Shown here piece by piece: positions 19,291 to 27,621 of a stretch of DNA of 32,738 nt (positions are counted from its first letter, which is position 1; each line of letters starts with the position of its first letter). A program made the translations under genes and the position numbers. The DNA is taken from NCBI GenBank assembly GCA_015491615.1, contig WFVN01000138.1, positions 1-32,738 of the forward strand, read 5' to 3'. A model generated the notes under the pieces. The model saw only the letters and a list, made by a program, of their open reading frames with translations. It had not been told where the DNA came from and did not search any database. The stretch is from Gammaproteobacteria bacterium (GTDB lineage Bacteria; Pseudomonadota; Gammaproteobacteria; S012-40).

Positions 19291-20352
19291 GTGGCACGCC
19301 TGGTCGTTTTGTTCGTCGCCGTTCTTCTGAGCGCCTGCGCCTCACGCCCCTCGATACCGATTTCAGCGCCGCCCGTCTATCCGCCACCGCCATCCGAGCC
19401 CCGTTTCGTGTACGACGGCACCCTGCGCACCAGCAGCGATTTCATCCGCCCCACCTTCGGCGACCGCTTGCGCGCCTTCGCTACCGGTAGCCGCGAGACG
19501 CCTTTCGGTCTCGCCAAGCCCTTCGCGGTCGCGGTACGCGCGGGGCGCATCTACGTGAGCGACACCCAGCAGCGGGCGGTGCTGCTGTTCGATCTTTCCG
19601 GCCAGCGGGTGGTAGTCATCGGCGAGCGGGGGGCGGGCACGCTGGTGAAGCCCATGGGCGTGGCTCTCTCCCACGATGGCCAGCGTCTGTTCGTGGCCGA
19701 CGTCACCGCCCGCCGGATCCAGGTCTTCGACGCAGAAGGGAAACACTTGGCCACCCTGGGACGCGACGCCGGCATGCGCCGCCCGGTGGGGTTGGCTCTT
19801 TCCCCCGACGACGCCCGCCTGTATGTGGTGGACGTGGGGGGCGTGGACACGGACCGCCACCGGGTGTGGGTATTCGACACCCGCAGCGGCAAGCTGCTGT
19901 TCCATTTCGGCCGCCGCGGCACCGCCCTGGGCGAGTTCAACCTGCCCATCCACGCCGCCACCGGCCCCGACGGCACCCTCTACGTGGTGGACGGGGGCAA
20001 CTTCCGCGTCCAGGCCTTCGACCCGGACGGACGCCCCCTGTTCGCCTTCGGCGCCCCCGGCCGGCGCTCGGGGCAGTTCTCCCGCCCCAAAGGGATCGCC
20101 ACCGATGGCGAGGGGCGCATCTACGTGGTGGACGCGGCCTTCGGCAACGTGCAGATCTTCGATGCCCGCGGGCGCCTGCTGATGCACCTGGGCGACCGGG
20201 CCACCAGCGGCGGCCCGGGGCGCTTCATGCTCCCCTCGGGCTGCACGGTGGACGAGGCCGGACGCCTGTTCGTGGTGGATCAGTTCTTCCGCAAAATCGA
20301 CGTCTTCCGCCCCGCCGCCCAGCCCCCGTGGGAGCGCCTGCCACTACGCTAA
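19291..20352 (+). CDS. NHL-repeat six-bladed beta-propeller lipoprotein
   Basis: 3' part of track ORF 18883..20352. GTG start, lipobox LLSA-C, and repeated P.G.A....G.(I/L)YV.D..N.R(I/V)QVFD units. Confidence 0.87.
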   Translation: MARLVVLFVAVLLSACASRPSIPISAPPVYPPPPSEPRFVYDGTLRTSSDFIRPTFGDRLRAFATGSRETPFGLAKPFAVAVRAGRIYVSDTQQRAVLLFDLSGQRVVVIGERGAGTLVKPMGVALSHDGQRLFVADVTARRIQVFDAEGKHLATLGRDAGMRRPVGLALSPDDARLYVVDVGGVDTDRHRVWVFDTRSGKLLFHFGRRGTALGEFNLPIHAATGPDGTLYVVDGGNFRVQAFDPDGRPLFAFGAPGRRSGQFSRPKGIATDGEGRIYVVDAAFGNVQIFDARGRLLMHLGDRATSGGPGRFMLPSGCTVDEAGRLFVVDQFFRKIDVFRPAAQPPWERLPLR

Positions 20353-22803
20353 CCCGGGCGGGGAGAAACCCTCCTGCAGTTGCCTCTGAAACGCCTCGCC
20401 AGGCAGGGGTGGGCTGATGTAGTACCCCTGGATGGCGTCCACACCCATGGTTTTGAGCAATTCGGCGGCGCGCGCGTCCTCGACCCCTTCGGCGATCACC
20501 CGCAACCCCAGATCGTGGGCCATGTCGATGGTGGAGCGGACAATCACCCGGCTGTGCTCGTCCTGTACCAGGCCGACGATGAAGGAACGGTCGATCTTGA
20601 TCTCGTTCACCGGCATCTGCTTGAGATAGGAAAGGGAAGAGTAGCCGGTACCGAAATCGTCGATGGAGACGGTGAAACCACGTTGATTGAGGGCTTCGAG
20701 GATATGGCTGGCAGCGCGGACATCCTCCACCAGAGCCGTTTCGGTCACCTCCAGTTTGACGAAGCGAGGCGAGACACCGGCCGATTCCACCTGCCGCGCC
20801 ACATCCTCCGCCAGACTGGGACGTTGCAGATCGCGGGCGGAAAGGTTCAGCGCCAGACACAGACCATGGGAAAGAATGACCGGCGCGCATTCGGCCAGAA
20901 CCCGCTCCAACACCCAATCGGTGAGGGTGTGGATGAGACCGGTCTGTTCCGCCAGGGGAATGAACTCGGAAGGTTGCATGATGCCGTGTACCGGATGGTG
21001 CCAGCGCACCAGGGCCTCGCAGGCGGTGACCCGGGCCTGCTGGAAGGACCACACCGGCTGGTAGTGGAGCAACAGTTGTCCCTGACCGAGGGCCTCGCGC
21101 AGCTCTCCCATCACCGCCAACTGGCGGAGGTTGTGCTGGTCGCTCTCCGGGTCGTAGAGGGCATAACCCCGATTCTCCCGCTTGGCCATGTACATGGCCA
21201 CGTCGGCCCGCTGCAGGAGTACGCCGGCATCTCGCCCATGGTAGGGATACAGGGCGATGCCCATGCTACACCCTACCTGTAAGCGCTGGCCGTCGACGAC
21301 GAAAGGCTCCTCCAGGGCCTTCACCAGCTTGTTGGCGGTGTGCACCGCCTGACGCACGTCGGCTCCCGGCAGGAGGATGGCGAATTCGTCACCGCCCAGG
21401 CGAGCGACGGTGTCCGATTCGCGCAACAACAGGCGCAGGCGCTGGGCCACCTGCTGCAGGAGCTTGTCGCCCACCTGGTGGCCGAGGGTGTCGTTGACGA
21501 TCTTGAAGCGGTCTAGATCCATGAGACAGAGGGCAAAGCGACCCTTCTCCCGTTGCGCGGCACGCACGCACTGCTGCATGCGATCGAACAGGAGGGTGCG
21601 GTTGGGAAGATCCGTGAGAGCGTCGTGCAGGGCCTGGTAACGCAGCGCGGCCGTCTGCACCTTGCGACTGGTGATGTCGCGGGCCACGGCGATGTGATAA
21701 TCGGTGGAACCGAGACGGATACGACGCAGGGTCACCTCCATGGGAAAGACGGTACCGTTGCGACGGCGCCCGTACAGCTCATGCATCTCTTCTTCTTCGC
21801 CCTCGCCGCCCAGAAACAAACGACGCGCCGCTTCGCGATAAGGTTCGGGCACGAGCCGTTCCACCGGCTGCCCCACCAATTGCCCCGGCGGGTAACCGAA
21901 CACCCGTTCGCATGAGGCATTGGCGAGGCGCACCACCCCCTGCGGATCGACGAGGATGATGGCGTCGGCGACGTGGTCCATAACGGCGCGGGTACGGGCT
22001 TCGCTCACCCGCAGGGCCTCCTGCATCTGATTGAAGGCGACCGCCAACTCGCCAATCTCGTCCTTACGTTCGACGGGAATACGCACTTGGCGTCCGCCGC
22101 GGGCCACTTCGTCGATGGCCGCCCGCAGAATCCCCAAGGGGCGGATGACGTCGCGCCGCAGAGCCAGAAACAGAATCAACCCCAGGGCCAAAGCCAACGC
22201 CAGGGCGCCCACCCACAACTTGGTGCGCGTAGCCTGGATGCGCGCCTGCGTCTGGGCGGTGGAAACAGCGAGGTAAAAGACACCGCGTAGGGGCGCGTGA
22301 TCGTAACCATGGCAGGAAAAACAGGCGACATCGGCGCGAATGGGCGTCATCAGAGCGAGGACCCCGGGACGCGAGTCATCCAGCACCGTCTCACCACGCA
22401 GGGCCCGCTCCAACATGCCGGGAGAGACCAGATCTGGGTGACGGGCCGGACGTGGTTCCCGCTCGAACACTGGCCCGCCCAGATAGGCATTGACCTTTTC
22501 CACCGTGCGCAGATCGGTAAAGGCCTCGCTTCCGTCGCGGCGCAAGACTTCGATCTCCAGGATGCCGGCGACGCCGTGGAGCCGATCCAGCCATTCCCGC
22601 GCCAAAGTCCCGCTGCCGTTGAGCATGAGGGTCTTGAGGCTGGCCATGAGGGTCTGGGCGTGCACCTTGAGTTGCTCGGTATCGGCGCTGTGGATGGCGC
22701 GCGCCAGCTCCCGGTCCACCCACACGCCCACGCCCCCGAGGACGAGGAGGAGCACGCCGGCGAGAATGGCGGCGAGGCGCAGGCTGAGACTGTGCAGGTT
22801 CAT
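20344..22803 (-). CDS. Membrane diguanylate cyclase/phosphodiesterase: periplasmic CXXCH sensor-HAMP-PAS-GGDEF-EAL
   Basis: Two TMs flank a periplasmic domain with CFSCH; HAMP (DEIGELAVAFNQM); PAS; RESD I-site plus RLGGDEF; EAL with EALVRW, DDFGTGYSS, KIDRSF, EGVE and QGY. Confidence 0.93.
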   Translation of the reverse strand: MNLHSLSLRLAAILAGVLLLVLGGVGVWVDRELARAIHSADTEQLKVHAQTLMASLKTLMLNGSGTLAREWLDRLHGVAGILEIEVLRRDGSEAFTDLRTVEKVNAYLGGPVFEREPRPARHPDLVSPGMLERALRGETVLDDSRPGVLALMTPIRADVACFSCHGYDHAPLRGVFYLAVSTAQTQARIQATRTKLWVGALALALALGLILFLALRRDVIRPLGILRAAIDEVARGGRQVRIPVERKDEIGELAVAFNQMQEALRVSEARTRAVMDHVADAIILVDPQGVVRLANASCERVFGYPPGQLVGQPVERLVPEPYREAARRLFLGGEGEEEEMHELYGRRRNGTVFPMEVTLRRIRLGSTDYHIAVARDITSRKVQTAALRYQALHDALTDLPNRTLLFDRMQQCVRAAQREKGRFALCLMDLDRFKIVNDTLGHQVGDKLLQQVAQRLRLLLRESDTVARLGGDEFAILLPGADVRQAVHTANKLVKALEEPFVVDGQRLQVGCSMGIALYPYHGRDAGVLLQRADVAMYMAKRENRGYALYDPESDQHNLRQLAVMGELREALGQGQLLLHYQPVWSFQQARVTACEALVRWHHPVHGIMQPSEFIPLAEQTGLIHTLTDWVLERVLAECAPVILSHGLCLALNLSARDLQRPSLAEDVARQVESAGVSPRFVKLEVTETALVEDVRAASHILEALNQRGFTVSIDDFGTGYSSLSYLKQMPVNEIKIDRSFIVGLVQDEHSRVIVRSTIDMAHDLGLRVIAEGVEDARAAELLKTMGVDAIQGYYISPPLPGEAFQRQLQEGFSPPGLA

Positions 22804-22838
22804 GGGGCTCCGGTATGACGGAAGAGTGTCTACTTTTC

Positions 22839-22855
22839 AGCAGGTTCCGCGCCAA
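22839..22855 (-). promoter_or_regulatory. Putative sigma54 (-24/-12) promoter of the GGDEF/EAL gene
   Basis: Minus strand TTGGCGCGGAACCTGCT gives GG-N10-GC, close to the consensus TGGCACG-N4-TTGC, about 35 nt upstream of the ATG. Confidence 0.65.
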
Positions 22856-23028
22856 TCCTCCCTGACGGTCCTCGAAGCATTTAATCATCAGCCCGGCCGC
22901 GGGAAAAGGGCGAGATCCCTTCAGCGTCATACGAGCCTGGGGGAGCAATGTGATTCCAAGGTGAATGGCCCAGACCGGCATCTCATCGCCGTCTCCCGTT
23001 CGTCTCCGGCTTGGATCAAGAAGGAGCT

Positions 23029-24222
23029 TCAGGGGAGATGGAGACGGGTCACACCCCCGTAACTACCGATCCACAAGCTTCCGTCGGCGGCGCGCGACAT
23101 GGAAAACACGTTGTCGGCGAAGAGACCGTCCTTACGGGTGAGGACGACGAAGCCACGCCCGTCCTCGCGAAAGCGCGCGAGGCCGGCGCTGGTGCCGATC
23201 CACAGCGTGCCCTGGGAATCGATGTGAAGCATGAAGACATGGTTGGCCGGCAGACCGTCGCGGGTGGTGTAATTGGTCCAGCGCTGCCCGTCATAGCGCG
23301 CCAGACCACCACCCCAGGTACCTGCCCAGACGGTTCCATCGGCGGTCACCGCCAGGGAGACGATGTAGTTGGGATTGTAAGCAACCGTGACCCGCTCCAG
23401 CCCTTGCTCGTGTTTCTGTTGGGCATGGTGGCGCGAGGCGGCCCCAGGGTCGGATTTGAACTGGATGGCATCCTTGACCACCTCAAAGGGCGCTCCGACA
23501 CCTTCCTCGTGGGCCCAATGCTCCCAGCGACCCTCCTGATAACGGGCCACCCCACCCTCAGTGGCGAACCAGATGGCACCGTCGGGCCCCTTTTCCACCC
23601 CGTATACCCAGTCGTTGGGCAATCCCCCCTCGGTGTTGGCGACGTCGAAGGTCTCCCAGGCTCCCGGGTCACCCAAGCGAGCGCCACGTACCCGATTGGC
23701 GCCGGACCAAGTGGCGATCCACAGGTCGCCCCGGTCGTCCAACTGGGTATCGTACACGAACTGGTCGGCCAATCCGTGGGGGATGTTGTAGTTCGTCCAA
23801 CTGTCCTTTTCCGGATCGTATACCGACAAGCCACCGCCGTAAGTTCCCACCAGCAGAAGCCGGCCCAATTTACCAAGGTGGAAGACGCCGTTGGAAAGGA
23901 GGCTGCCACTGTCGATGTTGTAGAGACGATAATCGTCACGGCGGATATCGTAGCGGATGACCCCGCCGGAGGTGCCCACCCAAACGACATCGCCATCGGC
24001 GAGGATGGCCTTGACGTTGCGGTTGCCAACGCGGAAATGGCTGAAACGGGGCGGGCGACGGGCTCCTTGGTGTGGCTGGGCCTGGTCGACACCCGCTTCG
24101 GGGCCCCGGGCCTCCGGTGAAGTGGGACCCGTTTGCGCTTGACGCTGGCCCAACCAATACCCCCCTCCCGCCACGGCGACCAGGAGGGCTGCAACGAAAA
24201 AAAACCTGGGGCGGGAGGTCAT
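23029..24222 (-). CDS. Stand-alone Reg_prop (two-component regulator propeller) beta-propeller protein with N-terminal membrane anchor/signal
   Basis: Repeats such as GLPNDWVY..G..WFATEGGV, GLPANHVF..LWIGTSAGL and GLFADNVF..LWIGSYGG; no kinase or output domain. Confidence 0.85.
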   Translation of the reverse strand: MTSRPRFFFVAALLVAVAGGGYWLGQRQAQTGPTSPEARGPEAGVDQAQPHQGARRPPRFSHFRVGNRNVKAILADGDVVWVGTSGGVIRYDIRRDDYRLYNIDSGSLLSNGVFHLGKLGRLLLVGTYGGGLSVYDPEKDSWTNYNIPHGLADQFVYDTQLDDRGDLWIATWSGANRVRGARLGDPGAWETFDVANTEGGLPNDWVYGVEKGPDGAIWFATEGGVARYQEGRWEHWAHEEGVGAPFEVVKDAIQFKSDPGAASRHHAQQKHEQGLERVTVAYNPNYIVSLAVTADGTVWAGTWGGGLARYDGQRWTNYTTRDGLPANHVFMLHIDSQGTLWIGTSAGLARFREDGRGFVVLTRKDGLFADNVFSMSRAADGSLWIGSYGGVTRLHLP

Positions 24223-24284
24223 GGACGGGCACCCAATATGCAGACGCCCGGCATTCTACCATCCCCGGGGAGAGGGGGCAGCCG

Positions 24285-25316
24285 TCACCACCCGATGCGC
24301 GCCACCAAGCCATTGAGACCGGCCCAGACCCCACCGTCCTGGGTCACGGCGAGGGCATACACGTCCCGCTGGGGCAGACCTGACACCCCATGCCAACGAC
24401 CGTCCTTTCGGTAGGCCAGTCCCCCGTCGGTGCCGGCCCACAAGCGCCCGTCGCCATCTACCGCCAAAGCATAGACGATATCGCCCGGCAAACCGTCGGC
24501 ACGGGTCTCGTTGCGGAAACGGCGGCCATCGAAACGGGAGACGCCACCGCCCCATGTCCCTACCCACACATGGCCGTCGCCGTCCACGGCGAGGGAGAAG
24601 ACGTAGTTGGGATTGAAACTGGGACGACCATCCACGCGCACGTTCAGGTCGTGGCGATTGCGTGTGCCAAGGCCGGTGTTGTCGCTGAAGGGGCGACCGT
24701 CACGGTTGGGGGCCCCCAGGCCGTCGGCGTGGGTCCAGGTACGCCAGGAGCGACCGTCGAAGGCGTTGAGACCGCCCTCGGTACCCACCCAGAGGACACC
24801 GCGCGGATCCACGGCGAGGGCATACACCCATTCGTTGATCAGTTCCTCCAGATAGGTCTCGAAACGGTCTTCGCCACGGCGCCAGCGGTTGAGCCCGGCC
24901 CAGGTACCGATCCATACGTCGCCAGCGCGGTCTTCCGCGAAGCTGTACACCCAGTAGTCGGCCAGTCCGTGGAGTGGGAAATAGGTCTTCCAGCGACCCT
25001 CGGCATAGCGAGACACCCCGCCCCCATTGGTGCCCAACCATACCTCGCCGCGGCTGTCCACGAAGGCGGCGAAGACATACTCGTTGGCCAGGGCGTTGTC
25101 GCGGGTGAACACCCCCAGGCGCTCGCCCGTGCGCAAATCCACCTGCATGGCCCCCACGGAAGTCCCCACCCAGAGTTGCTGGCGAGCGGAGTCCACTGCC
25201 AAGGCCCGCACTACCACGCCCTGCCCCACTTGGAAGGATTCGCGCACGGCGAAACCCGCCGCCTGGACGACGGCACAAAACGAGACGGAGAAGAAAAGAA
25301 ACAGACGTGCAATCAC
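24285..25316 (-). CDS. Second stand-alone Reg_prop beta-propeller protein, secreted
   Basis: GTG start overlapping the cytochrome stop; signal peptide ending VQA/A; repeats LANEYVF..WLGTNGGG, LADYWVY..WIGTWAGL and LPGDIVY..WAGTDGGL. Confidence 0.85.
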   Translation of the reverse strand: MIARLFLFFSVSFCAVVQAAGFAVRESFQVGQGVVVRALAVDSARQQLWVGTSVGAMQVDLRTGERLGVFTRDNALANEYVFAAFVDSRGEVWLGTNGGGVSRYAEGRWKTYFPLHGLADYWVYSFAEDRAGDVWIGTWAGLNRWRRGEDRFETYLEELINEWVYALAVDPRGVLWVGTEGGLNAFDGRSWRTWTHADGLGAPNRDGRPFSDNTGLGTRNRHDLNVRVDGRPSFNPNYVFSLAVDGDGHVWVGTWGGGVSRFDGRRFRNETRADGLPGDIVYALAVDGDGRLWAGTDGGLAYRKDGRWHGVSGLPQRDVYALAVTQDGGVWAGLNGLVARIGW

Positions 25317-25609
25317 AGAAGACTGCGCAAATAGAGAACGACGTTCTCGATTTCCCGGTCGCTGAGGATGCCGGCGAACCCGGGCATCACCCCATTGCCC
25401 TGTCGGATCCGCTCGGCCAGGTCACGGTCGGTGGTGTTGAGGCGCTCACCGAGGGCAAAATTGGGCATGCCAGGCATCATCCCCTCCCCCGCCGGACCGT
25501 GACACCCCATGCAGTAACGATCGTACACCGTTTTTCCGGCAGCCACCGGGTCGTCGGCCCCAACGGCACCGGCGAAGGCAACGAAGAAGACCCAAACGGC
25601 TATCCTCAT
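25313..25609 (-). CDS. Small monoheme class I cytochrome c (c6/c553-like)
   Basis: 3' end of track ORF 25313..26338. MRIAVWVFFVAFAGAVGA signal, CMGCH, and GNGVMPGF (axial Met); 98 aa. Confidence 0.9.
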   Translation of the reverse strand: MRIAVWVFFVAFAGAVGADDPVAAGKTVYDRYCMGCHGPAGEGMMPGMPNFALGERLNTTDRDLAERIRQGNGVMPGFAGILSDREIENVVLYLRSLL

Positions 25610-25619
25610 GGGCACGGCT

Positions 25620-26438
25620 TCAGTCGATTCCCAACCGCAAACGGCGCTCGGTGAACCAGTCGTCGCCGATACCGATGTTGGGTTTGACATCCTGTACCTG
25701 AAAGAAAGAGGTATGGAAGGTCTGAACGTTCTGCACGAAGACCCGATCCCAAGCCCAGGCCTTCCCCACCTGTTGCCAGGTGAGGAGCTGACGCTTGAGG
25801 AACAAACCCTTACGGTCGTAATAATCCACCCGCGTCTTGACACACTGTTCCCAGTTTTCGGCCTTCTTGAACCAGTTGACCTTCTTGCTGTAGATGGAAT
25901 CGGGCTCTTTGGGCACGCTCTCCACGACGAAGAACTCTTCGCCTTTGCGGTCCCGTTCCAAACGCAGGAAACGGTGCTCGTCGTCGTCCAACCGGCGCAG
26001 GCTGATGTCTCCGTAGGTGAGATCGGATCCCAGGAAGCTGTCCCCCAGGTCGCGCACCGATACACGCCGGATCTTGCGCAGCACCGGCAGGTAGATCCAT
26101 TGATCGGCATTCTTCCCCGTTTCCGGCAGATAGGCCCAGCGCATGAAAGCGGCACCACGGGCATCCGGTGGATAGAGGGTGAAGAGAACCATCTTCTCCT
26201 GGATACCGTCCTTGCCCTTGTAGTCCTTCCACAGACGCAGGTAAACGGTGAGCTTTTCGTTGCCGGCCCGGTCCTTGAGGCGAATGGTAAGGCGCGATTG
26301 TTGATCGTCACCTGGGTGTTTGTAATCACAGCGAGCAACGATATCGCGGCCGTTCAGCGATATGCCAGCAGAGCTCTCCCCCTCCACTGCGAAGGCCGGG
26401 AGGGAAAGGAGCGCTGCGAGCAAAATCAGCCGTTTCAT
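25620..26438 (-). CDS. LolA-like 'outer membrane lipoprotein-sorting' family protein
   Basis: Signal peptide; F..P.D.RG..F, DQWIYLPVLRKIRRV, SFLGSDLTYGD, YSKKVNW, DYYDRKG.FLK and C-terminal FTERRL. Confidence 0.85.
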   Translation of the reverse strand: MKRLILLAALLSLPAFAVEGESSAGISLNGRDIVARCDYKHPGDDQQSRLTIRLKDRAGNEKLTVYLRLWKDYKGKDGIQEKMVLFTLYPPDARGAAFMRWAYLPETGKNADQWIYLPVLRKIRRVSVRDLGDSFLGSDLTYGDISLRRLDDDEHRFLRLERDRKGEEFFVVESVPKEPDSIYSKKVNWFKKAENWEQCVKTRVDYYDRKGLFLKRQLLTWQQVGKAWAWDRVFVQNVQTFHTSFFQVQDVKPNIGIGDDWFTERRLRLGID

Positions 26439-27469
26439 GTTGTCGCGCCCGGTTTCACCGCCTGGATGAGAGTGAAGGGGCTGGGCTCGGGGAGGGGTCG
26501 GTAGGCGATGTCGGTGAACCCGACGTCACGCACCATGTCGGCCACTTCCTTCACCGAGTAAGCCCGTCCGGCAGGGGTGTGGACCAACTGATTGAGCCCG
26601 ATGAGCACCGGGAGCAACGGCCCCGACTTCTCCTCATTGAGGAACTGTTCCTGCACCAGCAGCACCCCACCCGGATCCAGGGCCTCGTAAGATTTGCGGA
26701 TGATCTCGCGAATCACGTCCGGCCCTTCCTGGTTGATCATGGAGGACAGGAGCACCACGTCGTAGCCGCTGCCGAAAGGGTCTTCCAGGTAGTTGCCTTC
26801 CTTGGTGCTCACCCGCTCACCGGCGCGGTAATCGGCGATGATGTCGCGGGTGACCTCCAAGGTCTGGGGCAGGTCCATGACGTCGGCGGTCATGCCGAGA
26901 TTCCTCTCCGTCATGATGATAGAGAAGATGCCAGGTCCACCACCCACGTCCAACATCCGCTTTTTACCGGGCAGGGGGACTTCCTCGGCAAGGAGCTGTG
27001 CCTGCGGGATCCCCCGATAGAGCATACCCATGATGTACGTGCGGGTCTCCTCGGGGCCGTGCTCGTGTTGTTTCTCCACCACCGGGCGCCCTTCGATCAC
27101 CGCTTTCTTCAGACCGGTCCAGGCCTCCACCCAGGATTCGAACATGCTGACGATACCGCCCTGATAACGGGGACTGCCCCTCACCAGGAAGGTCTCCGCC
27201 AAGGGAGTGTTGGTGAAACACTCACCCTCCTTGCGCAGGAAGCCCTGACATACCGAGGCTATGAGGATCATCTCCAGGCCACGCGCATCGGCGCCTGTCT
27301 TCTCGGCCAGTTCTTCGGCCGTGGCCGGCCCTTCATGTAGCAGAGTGAACACGTCCAGGGCGTTGGCCACGTGGAATGCGAACGAGGGCCAATAAGCGGA
27401 AGCGGCTTCCATGACCGCCATAGGATTGAGGCCATCGTCTTTGGAGTCGTTCTGCCAATCTTTGTCCAT
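26435..27469 (-). CDS. SAM-dependent class II (Methyltransf_2, dimerising) methyltransferase
   Basis: N-terminal winged-helix dimerisation region (LDVFTLL..GPATAEELA), LDVGGGPG, MDLP, EGNY and YEALDPGG; its stop overlaps the next ATG. Confidence 0.88.
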   Translation of the reverse strand: MDKDWQNDSKDDGLNPMAVMEAASAYWPSFAFHVANALDVFTLLHEGPATAEELAEKTGADARGLEMILIASVCQGFLRKEGECFTNTPLAETFLVRGSPRYQGGIVSMFESWVEAWTGLKKAVIEGRPVVEKQHEHGPEETRTYIMGMLYRGIPQAQLLAEEVPLPGKKRMLDVGGGPGIFSIIMTERNLGMTADVMDLPQTLEVTRDIIADYRAGERVSTKEGNYLEDPFGSGYDVVLLSSMINQEGPDVIREIIRKSYEALDPGGVLLVQEQFLNEEKSGPLLPVLIGLNQLVHTPAGRAYSVKEVADMVRDVGFTDIAYRPLPEPSPFTLIQAVKPGATT

Positions 27470-27558
27470 CGAAGTCCCTTGCTTGATATGAACGCCGCAC
27501 CGGCCGACGGATTCCTCCGACCGGATAACGGGAATCTTAAACGCGAAGCGGAAGGAGA

Positions 27559-27597
27559 TAAAGGAAAGGGGGCGCCGAAGCGCCCCCTCCCTTTTCT
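27559..27597 (-). terminator. Rho-independent terminator after the secreted-protein gene
   Basis: Minus strand GGGGGCGC-TTCG-GCGCCCCC (C-UUCG-G tetraloop) followed by TTTCCTTT. The + strand also has a T-tract, so it may be bidirectional. Confidence 0.85.
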
Positions 27598-27621
27598 TCG
27601 GCTAGACAGCCTTGCCGTTGA

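Noticed and set aside
25610-26338. 341-aa version of the monoheme cytochrome
   Set aside because: The upstream part is an alternate frame of the LolA-like gene; the signal peptide starts at 25609.
26435-27469. Calling the methyltransferase DsyB, BchU or CrtF
   Set aside because: Only fold-level resemblance; there is no photosynthesis or DMSP context and I cannot verify orthology.
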